Of a stretch of 64,000 nt of DNA, positions 1 through 13,400 are shown piece after piece. The stretch comes from Macrostomum lignano. Lineage: Eukaryota. A program made the translations under genes and the position numbers. The DNA is taken from the NCBI GenBank assembly GCA_002269645.1, contig NIVC01000172.1, forward strand, positions 644,558 to 708,557. Direction: 5' to 3'. The notes below the pieces were generated by a model. It was given only the letters and a program-made list of their open reading frames with translations. It searched no databases and was not told the origin of the DNA. Within the stretch, counting starts at the first letter, position 1. Each line of letters starts with the position of its first letter.

Positions 1-900
1 TAAAGCCGGATTAGGGGGGTGGACTTTGTAAGATGAAGCCGGATTGGGGGGCGGATTTTGTAGGATAAAGCCGGATTGGGGGGTGGATTTTGTAAGATAA
101 AGGCGGATTGAGGGGGCGGATTTTGTAAGATAGTCGGATTGAGGGGGCGGATTTTGTAAGATAAAGGCGGATTGAGGGGCGGATTTTGTAAGATGTAGCC
201 GGATTGGGGGGCGGATTTTGTAGGATAAAACCGGATTGGAGGCGGATTTTGTAAGATGAAGCCGGATTGGGGGGCGGATTTTGTAGGATAAAGCCGGATT
301 GGGGGGGCGGATTTTGTAAGATGAAGCCGGATTTGGAGGGGGCGGATTTTGTAAGATGAAGCCGGATTTGGAGGGGGCGGATTTTGTAAGATGAAGCCGG
401 ATTTGGAGGGGGCGGATTTTGTAAGATGAAGCCGGATTTGGAGGGGGCGGATTTTGTAAGATGAAGCCGGATTGGGGTGGGGCGGATTTTGTAAGATGAA
501 GCCGGATTGGAGTGGGGCGGATTTTGTAAGATGAAGCCGGATTGAGGGCGGATTTTGTAGGATAAAGCCGGATTGGGGGGGCGGATTTTGTAAGATGAAG
601 CCGGATTTGGAGGGGGCGGATTTTGTAAGATGAAGCCGGATTTGGAGGGGGCGGATTTTGTAAGATGAAGCCGGATTTGGAGGGGGCGGATTTTGTAAGA
701 TGAAGCCGGATTGGGGGCGGATTTTGTAAGATAAAGTCGGATTGGGGGCGGATTTTGTAAGATGAAGCCGGATTTGGAGGGGGCTGATTTTGTAAGATGA
801 AGCCGGATTGAGGGCGGATTTTGTAAGTTAAAGCTGGATTGGGGGGCGGATTTTGTAAGTTAAAGCTGGATTGGGGGCGGATTTTGTAAGTTAAAGCTGG
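1..900. repeat. Intronic minisatellite, ~28-32 bp unit GGCGGATTTTGTAAGATGAAGCCGGATT(T)GG
   Basis: Direct tandem repetition. Confidence 0.95.
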
Positions 901-904
901 ATTG

Positions 905-1230
905 GGGGGCGGATTTTGTAGTGTAAGGAGCGAAGCTGTGCACACGGTAGAGGGCGGATTTTGTAGTGTAAGGAGCGAAGCTGTGCACACGGTAGAGGGC
1001 GGATTTTGTAGTGTAAGGAGCGAAGCTGTGCACACGGTAGAGGGCGGATTTTGTAGTGTAAGGAGCGAAGCTGTGCACACGGTAGAGGGCGGATTTTGTA
1101 GTGTAAGGAGCGAAGCTGTGCACACGGTAGAGGGCGGATTTTGTAGTGTAAGGAGCGAAGCTGTGCACACGGTAGAGGGCGGATTTTGTAGTGTAAGGAG
1201 CGAAGCTGTGCACACGGTAGAGGGCGGATT
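905..1230. repeat. Intronic minisatellite, 45-bp unit x7 (GGCGGATTTTGTAGTGTAAGGAGCGAAGCTGTGCACACGGTAGAG)
   Basis: Identical units; accounts for ORFs 860-1390 and 902-1318. Confidence 0.95.
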
Positions 1231-1236
1231 TATTAC

Positions 1237-1446
1237 CTGGACCAGCGGCTCCAAGGCGGTCAGCGCAGCGGAGACGTCCAGCTCTCGCAGGGCGGACTCC
1301 AGCTGCGACAGGCAGTAGCGCAGCTGCATACCCCGGGACCAATGGCACAGCTCCCGCCGCAGCATCAGCTGATTGAAGCAGTGGCCGCACAGCCAGCGCA
1401 AAGTTTGCTCAACCAGCTGGGCGAGGGCCTCGTCCGGCAGTCCGGC
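1237..1446 (-). CDS. MYO5: Myosin V exon 14 (dilute domain); not in the supplied ORF track
   Basis: ttcag|[70 protein letters not shown]|gtaata. Confidence 0.9.
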
Positions 1447-4400
1447 CTGAAATTGCGCAATAGCAGAGATTCTCTGGTGAGCACAGAGATCAGAGACCTG
1501 CACCGGGCAGCTGCCAATGCCCCAATGAGAACGGTACCCAGGCCAAGAAGCGTCCCAGAGTCGCTTGCATCGCCACAGAGTGGTTGCAGGTAACACAGGT
1601 AAGATAGGAAAGAATTGACTCCAGACGACTCTAAAACGACGAGATGTCACGGTAAAGGTCGCCTAAAAAGTCGTCAAAGAGTTGCTTAAGGCGTTTGTCT
1701 GCGTTTCTTTAATTACTCTGGGGCCGTTGAGCCGTATCTGAGGCGTGCTGGAGTCGCTGAGTTGCGTCTGAAGCGCATCTGCGTCACTTTATGAATCAGA
1801 ATCGCATTTCAGATTTTTAACAACTCTGTTTAGTCTACTGGAGTCAGTAGAAAGTTAAGCGCTAACACAACTACTCTTGGGAGACTTTTTCGCGATTCTT
1901 TTAAACCATTCTGCAAGTCACGTGATGCCCTAGTGACTCAACAGTTGCCTTTCCGTCGCATTGCAGTCGTTCGAGTCGTTAAAAACTCACGAGAGTCGCC
2001 CCAAAGTCGTTAGAGTCATGAAGTGATACATTTTGGCCTTAAAAGTTCCCATCCAGATTGAATGTATTTTTCAACCAATGAATGCCCTCCAACTAGCAAA
2101 AGCTGAGGACACGACCCCAGCATCAACCAATGAAAGCGCTCCAACTAGCAAAAGCTGAGGACACGACCCCAGCATCAACCAATGAAAGCGCTCCAACTAG
2201 CAAAAGCTGAGGACACGACCCCAGCATCAACCAATGAAAGCGCTCCAACTAGCAAAAGCTGAGGACACGACCCCAGCATCAACCAATGAAAGCGCTCCAA
2301 CTAGCAAAAGCTGAGGACACGACCCCAGCATCAACCAATGAAAGCGCTCCAACTAGCAAAAGCTGAGGACACGACCCCAGCATCAACCAATGAAAGCGCT
2401 CCAACTAGCAAAAGCTGAGGACACGACCCCAACATCAACCAATGAAAGCGCTCCAACTAGCAAAAGCTGAGGACACGACCCCAGCATCAACCAATGAAAG
2501 CGCTCCAACTAGCAAAAGCTGAGGACACGACCCCAGCATCAACCAATGAAAGCGCTCCAACTAGCAAAAGCTGAGGACACGACCCCAGCATCAACCAATG
2601 AAAGCGCTCCAACTAGCAAAAGCTGAGGACACGACCCCAGCATCAACCAATGAAAAGTAGTTATGTACCATCCAATGCGATCGAGACCAAAAAGTACTAT
2701 AAAAACCCATGTTAACCAACCAAGAAGCTCGTCCTACTTTCGCCTGTCTCGCTCTTGTCTCTATTAGCTTCTGTTAGCTATCCAAGAATTACTTTTGATT
2801 GAAACAGTTAGGGCCCCAACCCAAATACCAAAACTGATAAATTGACCCACTGAAACCAAACTAACAAACAACCCCTACTCCACAATAGACTGAACCTTCG
2901 GTTCACCCAAACAACCAGAACCCATTATAACTTGAATGGAAAGAGCTTCTTATTTGGAATACCATCTGTAGACATTATATTTTGCAATATAACATCTTGA
3001 GATTGTTACCATCAAATACAACGGTCTGAAAGTAACCATCGAGTGTTTGCATCATCAGGAAAAGTCAGTCGAATCCGCCGCCTCAGTTATTTGGCTCTCA
3101 CGTTGATATTTGAAGTAGACACAGAGCCATAGGAGTGAGAGACCAGGCAAACAGCAACTGTAAAATATTTCAGTCACTACTGAGCTGTTTGCAATGACTC
3201 CAGCGATTCTTGTCACGGTAACGTTTTCGACGGGATGGTCCAGTGTTTTACTGGCATTCGTAAACGCTGGGGCGCCCGACACTGCAAACGGAGCGGACTT
3301 CGTTCGCTCCCAGGCTCTGCGGCGCGCCAGCTCTGCTCTCTGCCCTGCTCTAACTGTGACTTTGCATGCGGAGTCGTATATGTTGTTGTTGTTGTTGTAA
3401 ATGAAATAAAACATATTTGCCGAAAGGCAACATCAGTAAAATTTGCAGCCCTTGAAAATAGTCATAAATAAGCATTGAAGGCCATAAGCAGCCTCTTTCA
3501 GATGAGATTCTCTCCTTCAAAACTATTGCCCATCTACCATCTCCTGAACATTCTCCTGAGTGACAGGAGCGCATAGTCCCTCAGCTATCATTCGTAGCTG
3601 ACTTTCTAACAATATGTGTAACAGTCGTAACAGAGATGATAAAATAGATTTATAAAAACCAATGAGCCGAGCTGTGTCATGCATTTTTATGATTTTTAGG
3701 TACAGCGAATGTACGTAGAATCCAAAATTAACGTAGAGTCCTAATTTTCAAAATGAAAAGCTTTATAAATATGAATAGAGCCATAAAAAAGGCACAACAT
3801 ATCAAAAGATGCAATTCTGCCTCCTGTCGAAAGCAATAACAATATTAGTGCTGAAAAATGAAAACTTCCTATCTCCGTGCGTTTTTTCGGAAAAACCTGC
3901 CCTTTAAAATTTTCAAAGCAACGAGGTTTCCCGTCCTTCTACTTGAGTAGTCCTTGGCACCCAGCCCCCCAGTCTCCATTAAAAAGCAACAGGTGCGCCT
4001 CACCTGTCTAGCGCAGCGCACGAGCTCGCAGCAGCGCTGGCTGATAGTCTCAAACGCGGCTCGGCACTTCTCCTGGTCCGGCCGCTTCTTCATGACGTTT
4101 GGCAGGCCAGGAATGGCGTCAAACTCCAGCAGGCCGAGCACCAGGGTCTGTGAGGGCAGACTCCGCTGCATGGCGACGCACACCTGCTGGTAGCACCACA
4201 CGCTCAGCTCGTGGAAGCTCGTCTGAAAGTCTTCGAGATCGAATCGGTTCAGCTGAAGGTCGCGCTCCTCCTCGGTGTTGTCGGCTGAGTACTGCTCAAT
4301 GCCGCCGTACTGACGGAGAAGGTTCAGCAGCCGGTGACAGCTGGACAGCACCAGCAACTGGCCGGAGAGGTCTTTGGCTTGCTGTTGTCCACGAGGATGA

Positions 4401-7400
4401 AAAATAAGTCAAATTTAATTTACAATTGATAATAAAAAACCAAGTATTGCTAAGGAAAAGGCCACATCCTATCTTGTTACTTCTTAGGCCTATAGATACT
4501 AGAATAACCTAGATATGCCACTTGCAGGATGTTTCCCATATCTCTTATTTCTATCTTAGCAAGAGAGAAAATGAGTTGGCTCCCCAACCAACCAAGCTGA
4601 TAACACAATTTGGCTTTTCTCTTCCCCGCTTGTGTCTGACTCTCTTTACTGCTCTCTCATTGGTTAAGCCAGATTGGGCCTGCCCCCTATGCTGAGCTTC
4701 GTCCGTCTGACTTTGACCTCTCTCCTTACTGCTCTCTCATTGGCTAAGCCAGATTGGGCCTGCCCCTAGGCTGAGTTTTGTCCGTCTGACTTATACCTCT
4801 CTCCTTACTGCTCTCTCATTGGCTGAGCCAGATTGGGCCTGGCCACTAGGCTGTCTCGTCTGTCTTGCATTCACTTGTGTACATCGAGTTAAATGCTTGT
4901 TGTTCATTCTTAACCCATATTCCTGAGGCCACAAAGGAAGGAAAGGAAATTTTTACTGCCACATTAATTATAAGTAACATTGAGCAGACAAACTACTGAA
5001 AAAGAGTAGACGTTCTACTTTTTACAACTTCAATTGCAAGTGACAAATCTAGTTATTTTTGCATCTATGGTTGAAGCTTTTTAAACATAGACAAAGACAA
5101 TTCTCTCTGTTAGCCATGGTTTCGACCATAGACAAATCTAAAAAATCGATACGTCAAATCTGGATTGATTTTTCCTATAGTTTAGCTCGCAAAATGCAAT
5201 ATGTGATATGTGAAAATTTTAACCACAGCCCAAAAGTTCTGCCTACCCCAAAAGCATTGAATATTGCATTATACCTTGCAGTGCTCCCGCCAGGCCTGAA
5301 CAGTCTGTGACAGCAGGTGCTCCACAATCTTGTCCTGCTTGTTGGCGTCGCACCAGCGAACTGCGCAGAAGATGAGGTAGGGCGCGTGGCCAGGCTCCTC
5401 TAGCTTCAGCACCGATTTGGCGAGCTCCGCCGCCTTCTCTATGCTGGGCACGGGGATCAGCGCCTGGTGATCCGTCTCGTTGAGCGCCAGGTCCGAGTGG
5501 CGCCTCAGGCGCTTGTTCTCCGATTCAAAGCGCTCGTTCTCCGTGCGGAGCTCCTGGAGTTGGAAGAAGGGTGTGGCAAGCTGCCTGAGGATGTGGTGGG
5601 TTGTCTGAGGATGTGGCAGGGTGTTTGAGGATGTGACAGGGTGCCTGAGGATGTGACAGGGTGCCTGAGGATGTGTCGAGGTGTCTGAGGATGTGACAAG
5701 GTGTCTGAGGATGTGACAAGGTGTCTGAGGATGTGGCAGGGTGTCTGAGGGTGTGGTAAGGTGTCTGAGGATATAACAGGGTGTCTGAGGGTGTGATAAG
5801 GTGTCTGAGGATATCACAGGGTGTCCTAGGATGTGAAAAGGTCTCTGAGGATGTGGCAGGGTGTCTGAGGATGTGGCAGGGTGTCTGAGGATGTGACAGG
5901 GTGTCTGAGGATGTGACAGGGTGCCTGAGGATGTGACGAGGTGTCTGAGGATGTGACAAGGTGTCTGAGGATGTGACGAGGTGTCTGAGGATGTGACAAG
6001 GTGTCTGAGGATGTGGCAGGGTGTCTGAGGGTGTGGTAAGGTGTCTGAGGATATAACAGGGTGTCTGAGGGTCTGATAAGGTGTCTGAGGATATCACAGG
6101 GTGTCCTAGGATGTGAAAAGGTCTCTGAGGATGTGGCAGGGTGTCTGAGGGTGTGGCAAGGTGTTTGAGGATGTGACAAGGTGTTTGAGGATGTGACAAA
6201 GTGTTTGAGGATGTGACAAAAGTGTTTGAGGATGTGAAAAGGTGTTTGAGGATGTGACAAAGTGTTTGAGGATGTGACAAAAGTGTTTGAGGATGTGACA
6301 AGGTGCTTGAGGATGTGACAAAGTGTTTGAGGATGTGACAAGGTGTTTGAGGATGTGACAAAGTGTTTGAGGATGTGACAAAAGTGTTTGAGGATGTGAC
6401 AAGGTGCTTGAGGATGTGACAAAGTGTTTGAGGATGTGACAAAGTGTTTGAGGATGTGACAAAAGTGTTTGAGGATGTGACAATGTGCTTGAGGATGTGA
6501 CAAAGTGTTTGAGGATGTGACAAGGTGTTTGAGGATGTGACAAAGTGTTTGAGGATGTGACAAAAGTGTTTGAGGATGTGACAAGGTGCTTGAGGATGTG
6601 ACAAAGTGTTTGAGGATGTGACAAGGTGTTTGAGGATGTGACAAAGTGTTTGAGGATGTGACAAAAGTGTTTGAGGATGTGACAAGGTGCTTGAGGATGT
6701 GACAAAGTGTTTGAGGATGTGACAAGGTGTTTGAGGATGTGACAAGGTGTTGAGGATGTGACAAAGTGTTTGAGGATGTGACAAAGTGTTTGAGGATGTG
6801 ACAAGGTGCTTGAGGATGTGACAAGGTGTTTGAGGATGTGACAAAGTGTTTGAGGATGTGACAAGGTGTTTGAGGATGTGACAAAGTGTTTGAGGATGTG
6901 GGTGAGGATGTGTGTTTTGAGGATCTGGGGTGTGGTAGAATGTCTGGGAAGGAGTCAAGCAGACCTAACCGACTCACCAAATTCTCTTCCATAATTCTCG
7001 CGAGCTCAAACTTCACAACGGACTCAGCGTTGTCCAAAGCGGACGAATTGAGCAGGGAGTTCATCTGAGTGAGCAGTTTATGCTGCCGGCCCTTGTCATT
7101 CTCCAGCTGCTCAATGATTCGAGTCTTGCCGTTCAGCTTCTCCATGAGCTCGTCCAGCTCATTCTGCAGTCGCCGATTCACCTGCTGCAGAGTTTGGTAG
7201 GCCGTCTCCAGCTCGCCGTCCTCGTTCAGCAGCTCTGAGTTGCCGCCGTAGCGCTCGCTGACCAGCTGGTCACCGATGGCGGCCTTTAGCCGCAGGCACT
7301 CCTCGCGGCGGACCTCGAGCTCCTGGCGGAGGCTGTCCAGCTGCTGCATCACTGCCTCCTTGCCGCCCACGCCTTTTAGGGCCGCTGATTGAAGCGTCTT

Positions 7401-10400
7401 CAGCTCCTGGAGAATTTTTCCGAAACGCTTTTGTTAAGTAAATCGATTGACAAATCGAAAAGCATTAATAATGTAGGCAAAGACTTCCAGCCAATCAGAG
7501 ATCAGCTGTTACGAGCTATGTAGGAGAATACTGTCAGCCAATCAAAGATCCGCTATGATATATGCAAAGATTTCCAGCCAATCAAAGATCAGCTAGGATG
7601 TAGGAGAAGACTACCAGCCAATTAGAGATCAGGTATCACGTAGGATAATACTGTAAGCCAATCAAAGATCAGCTATGATATAGGCAAAGACTTCCAGCCA
7701 ATTAAAGATCAGCTATGATATAGACAAAGACTTCCAGCCAATTAAAAATCAGCTATGAGATAGACAAAGACTTCCAGCCAATCAGAGATCAGCTATGATA
7801 CAGGCAAAGACTTTCAGCCAATCAGAGATCAGCTATGATATAGGAAAAGACGTCCAGCCAATCAAAGATCAGCTATGATGTAGGAGAATACTACCAGCCA
7901 ATCATAGATCAGCTATGATATAGGCAAAGACTTTCAGCAAATCAGAGATCAGCTATGATATAGGCAAAGACTTCCAGCCAATCAGAGATCAGCTGTGATA
8001 TGGGCAAAGACTTCCAGCCAATCAGAGATCAGCTGTGATATGGGCAAAGACTTCTAGCCAATCAGAGATCAGCTATGATATAGGAAAAGACGTCCAGCCA
8101 ATCAAAGATCAGCTATGATGTACGCTCGTAGTATAATACTGCCAGCCAATCAGATATCAGTAGTATGTAGTAGAACACTGCCAGCCAATCAGAGATCAGT
8201 AGTACCTGCTCAAGCTTCTTGATGTACCCCTGCTCAACGACTCTTTGACTTGACAGGCTGGTGCGACCCTTGGCAGCCTGCTGCTCGATCATCTTGTCCA
8301 CCTGGCGCTGCAGATTTCGCCTGGCCTGCTCGCTGGCCGACAGGCGCTTCTGCAGCTGCAGCAGCAGCGACACCGGCCCGTCTGCAGCTCGCTCGGCGCC
8401 TCCACCGTCTGTGCGGGAGCGCGGCCGCTGAAGAACCTGGCTGCTGCTGCCACCGCCGTCTGCAGCGCCGCTGGCACCGTCGGCGATGTCCATTTGAGCC
8501 GCGTCTGTTTTTCGGGGTTTAAGTAGTCTACTATTAGTAAGATATCGTAGATTTTCTATTACTCAGTTTTATACCCAAAGAGTATAGTCAAATATATATA
8601 ACGAAAATCACTTTGTAGTAATGCTTTTAAACTCTTCTCTTGGACGGATACAATTAGGACCTTAGAAACCATAGCTTTTCATCCAAACCAATTAAAGAGC
8701 AGCTTGATGGCTGAAAACTCTCTCTCTCTCTCCTACCTCCAGCTAATCGGAGAGCAGCTTGATGGCTGAAAACTCTCTCCCCCAACTCCAGCCAATTGGA
8801 GAGCAGCTTGATGGCTGAAAACCCTCTCCCCCAACTCCAGCCAATTAGAGAGCAGCTTGATGGCTGAAAACCCTCTCACCCAGCTCCAGCCAATTGGAAA
8901 GCAGCTTGATGATGAAAAACCTCTCCCACAGCTCCAGCCAATTGGAGAGCAGCTTGATGGCTGAAAACTCTCTCCCCCAACTCCAGCCAATTGGAGAGCA
9001 GCTTGATGGCTGAAAACTCTCTCCCCCAACTCCAGCCAATTAGAGAGCAGCTTGATGGCTGAAAACCCTCTCACCCAGCTCCAACCAATAGAACAGCAGT
9101 TTGACGCTAAAAACTCACCCTCGGGTTGATGAGACACAACAAAGGCGTACTGCCTGGACAAATTATCGTATCTGTTTTGCAGTTTATCATAATTCTCCAT
9201 CAGCTTCATGTAGGAGGCGCCATCGGCCTCGGCCTCGGCTATCCGGTCCCGAGCGGTGCGCAGCTGGTCCTCCAGCTGGCCGATTCGAGTCTCCTGTTCC
9301 GCGCAAGTCGCCCTCAGGCGGGTCAGCTCGGCTTCGTACTGATCCCGCTCCACGGTCAGGGACGCCTCCAGCTGCTGGCGGGCGGCCTGCTGGGCGGCCG
9401 AGACCTCCTCGACTGTGGCGGCGCTGGCTTGTCGGAGTCGTTCAGCGGCGGCTTCGGCTTCGCGGTGTTCAGCGGCCAGCTGCTGCTCGCGAGCTGCCGC
9501 TTCAGCCAGCTGCCGTTCCAGTTCCTGAAGGACAGCGGCGACAGGTGATTCAGCTCTGAAGGCTAGTTTATGATAGGAGGACCTGTCTAACAGAGATGAG
9601 GACCTGTCTAACAGAGATGAGGACCTGTCTAAAAGAGATGAGGACCTGTCTAAAAGAGATGAGGACCTGTCTAACAGAGATGAGGACCTGTCTAACAGAG
9701 ATGAGGACCTTTCTATAAGAGATGAGGACCTGTTTAAAAGAGATGAGGACCTGTCTAACAGGGATGAGGACCTGTCTGACAGAGATGAGGACCTGTCTAA
9801 CAGAGATGAGGACCTGTCTGACAGAGATGAGGACCTGTCTAACAGAGATGAGGACTTGTCTAACAGAGACGAGGACCTTTCTATAAGAGATGAGGACCTG
9901 TCTAACAGAGATGAGGACCTGTCTAAAAGAGATGAGGACCTGTCTAACAGAGATGAGGACCTGTCTGACAGAGTTGAGGACAGTGTTGGGCACTTCCGTT
10001 ACCGAGTAACTTGCAAATGGTAACGCAAGTTACTTTTTCGTAAAGCGTTCCTTACGCAAGTTACTTTTTTTTTTTAGTAACGGAGTAACGGTAAGTTACT
10101 CAAATTTCAGAAGTCCGTTACAGTTACTTTGCAACAATCGCAATATTTAAATTTAAAACTGAAATGCTTAGCTATTACGCCGGTTGTCACATGTTTTTGC
10201 ATTTTTCATTCCTAAATTCAAAATTAAGTGAATAGTATCATTTGGTATTGCGCTTTAATTAATGAAGAAATACTTGAAACATGTTTTGATTTGTTATAAT
10301 TTCAGTAAAATATTTTTGCCTTTCATTTTCAATTTTTCAAGTTACTAAAAATTTTCAAGTTTGATTCAAACAAACAACCAAAGAAAGAAATTCATCTGTA

Positions 10401-13400
10401 GCCTCCACAAGTCCCTCCGCTGGCACTGCAGTACACTACACCATTTTATACAGTTATATTTATTTTACTCTATTGAATTATTGATATTCGTTTATTTTAT
10501 CATTTATAATTTTAATTATTGATTGCCATTGCCCATTGGTCCTTCTACTTGCCTCACATCGTGTCGCCAATTGCTGTCTCTGTCTGTTAATCGGTTAATC
10601 CCAATGCCCAATGGCAAATTTCGGTAACAACAGTGTGAAAAAATGTGCAATGTGAAAAAAGCAGAAAATTTTGTTAATAACATGGGTAACGGAAGTGAGT
10701 AACGGACAGTAACTTAAAAGTTACCGGGTTTTTGTCTAAAGTTACTAGGCTAACGTAAGTTATTTTTTAAAAATTGGTAACTTACCCTGGTAAGTTACAG
10801 TAACGCAAGTTACTTTTTTTGAGTAACTTGCCCAACACTGGTTGAGGACCTGTCTAACAGAGATGAGGACCTGTCTAACAGAGATGAGGACCTTTCTATA
10901 AGAGATGAGGACCTGTCTAAAAGAGATGAGGACCTGTCTAACAGAGATGAGGACCTGTCTAACAGAGATGAGGACCTGTCTAACAGAGATGAGGACCTGT
11001 CTAACAGAGATGAGGACCTGTCGAACAGAGATGAGGACCTGTCTGACAGAGATGAGGACCTGTCTAACAGAGATGAGTACCTGTCGAACAGAGATGAGGA
11101 CCTGTCTAACAGAGATGAGGACCTGTCTAACAGAGATGAGGACCTGTCTGATAGAGATGAGGACCTGTCTAACAGAGATGAGGACCTGTCTAACAGAGAT
11201 GAGGACCTGTCTGATAGAGATGAGGACCTGTCTAACAGAGATGAGGACCTGTCTAACAGCAATGCAGGCTTACTTCCAGCTGCCTCTGCTTGGCCTTCCC
11301 CGCCTCCAGCTCGGCATTCTGAGCGTCCAGCCTTTGATGCAGTTCGATCAGCCGGTTCTCCAGGCCGAAATTTTTATTACGCAGGTTGGCAACGTCCCGC
11401 GCCTCCGCCCGCAGCTGCAGCAGCTGGCGCTTGGCTCGGCGCCGCCGGAAGTGACTTTGCAGCAGGGTGATGCCGCGCAGCAGGCGCGCCACGCGCCTTC
11501 TCACCAGGTAGCCCCGGATGAGGCGCTGCAAGTCCAGCACCATTTGTTCGGCGCGAAGCGCCAAAAATTTTCGTCTAGCGGCCAGACGGCGCCAAGCCGA
11601 TTGCAGAGTGACGGCGGCGGCGCGCGCTCGTTGGAAGCTGCGCCTGGCGCGCACTCCGCGCCACCAAGTCTGCAGGCGCAGAGCGGCCCGGCCCCGACGC
11701 AGTGTAGCGGCGCGTCGTCGCGCAAGAACTCCGCGCGCCCGCGCCTGAGTGAGCAGCACGGCCAGGCGAATTCTGGAGTAGCGGCGCCGCTGCACCCAGC
11801 CTCGGTAGCGGCGCTGCACGGTGACGCAGGCCCAGTGCAGGCGCTGGCTGCGCAGCCTCTCCATGTAGGCCACTTGCCCAGCTCGGAAAAATATGCGGGT
11901 CTTGCCGCACCGGTACTGCTGCGGGTCACGGATGCTCGCCTGCGGTGGGGCGATGAGATTCTCTGTTGGCTTCAGGGAGATTCTCTGTTGGCTTCAGGGA
12001 GATTCTCTGTTGGCTTCAGGGAGATTCTCTGTTGGCTTCAGGGAGATTCTCTGTTGGCTTCAGGGATCGAGATTCTCTGTTGGCTTCAGGAAGATTCTCT
12101 GTTGGCTTCAGGGATCGAGATTCTCTGTTGGCTTCAGGAAGATTCTCTGTTGGCTTCAGGGAGATTCTCTGTTGGTTTCAGGGAGATTCTCTGTTGGCTT
12201 CAGGGAGATTCTCTGTTGGTTTCAGGGAGATTCTTTGTTGGCTTCAGGGAGATTCTCTGTTGGCTTGGGAGATTCTCTGTTGGCTTGGGAGATTCTCTGT
12301 TGGCTTCAGGGAGATTCTCTATTAGTTTCAGGGAGATTCTTTATTAGTTTTAGGGAGATTCTTTATTAGTTTTAGGGAGACTCTCTATTGAACGAATGTT
12401 TGCTTAATACAGAAAGACAGCCTATTTTTCATTTGTCATTAGCTGTATCCCGGCAGTAAAGAAAATTGAAACTGAAATACTGAATAACAGCGACTGTCTT
12501 TGACAACCTAAGTTAAGGGGTTAAGACTTTCTGATAAGAATTTGCACAGCTCACAAGCGTCGATAAAAATGAGCAGGGGGCACAGAAAGACAGCACTTTT
12601 GAAATTCTAACTTAATTAAATTCTAACTTAATTAAATTCAAATTTGAGTAAGTAAGTAAGTAAGTAAGTAAGTGAGTAAGTGAGTAAGTAAGTGAGTAAG
12701 TAAGTGAGTGAGTAAGTAAGTGAGTAAGTAAGTAAGTAAGTAAGTAAGTGAGTAAGTAAGTGAGTAAGTAATTAAGTGAGTAAGTAAGTAAGTGAGTGAG
12801 TAAGTAAGTGAGTAAGTAAGTAAGTGAGTAAGTAAGTGAGTAAGTAAGTGAGTAAGTAAGTGAGTAAGTAATTAAGTGAGTAAGCAAGCCTCACCTCCAG
12901 AATGGCTACGCAGGCCGCCTTGAGCTGAGCGGCCTTGGCGCTGAGGGCCAGCCGCTCCCTCAGCAGCATGCGGTAGCGCTGGTAGAACTCTTCGTAGCCC
13001 CAACGAGACGGAAATCCGGCGGCGCTGATTCGGACCGTCTCCAACACGCCGCAGGCTCGCAGTTGCTCCACAGCTCGCCGGCTGTCCAGATCGAACGGCG
13101 CTTTGGCATCGTTGGGCTTGATGCAGCGAATGAAATGCGGGTTGGTCTTGGACAGCGTGTCCATCAGGTCCGTGAGCGACTGTTTGAACTGATTGGCCAC
13201 CGTCTGACGGCTGAACTTCTGCTGCTGCTGCGGCGGCTGCTGCGCGCTGCGACCGGTAGGCGCAATGTCCTTGAAGTAGGCGCCAGGGTTGGAGGTGGCG
13301 CGGCCCCGGCCTCCGGCGCTACCGGCGGCGCCAGCGGGCTCGGCGACTCCGCCTCCGGAGAACAGCCGGCTGAAGAAGTCCACTTCAGACGCTCTGACAA

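Noticed and set aside
1527-2042. GACTC/GAGTC-rich segment that looks like a MITE
   Set aside because: Could not define convincing TIRs or a TSD.
2076-2655. Regular repeats that might suggest a CRISPR array (also 48740-49325)
   Set aside because: Units are head-to-tail with no unique spacers, there are no cas genes, and the context is eukaryotic.
5505-6958. Long ORFs with HPQT/SSNTL/CHIL repeats
   Set aside because: Translations of the 21-bp intronic minisatellite, open in several frames; the myosin exons splice around them.
9541-9560. Upstream acceptor (cttcag at ~9556) for myosin exon 9
   Set aside because: Its phase is incompatible with the phase-0 donor of exon 8; the acceptor at 9525 fits.
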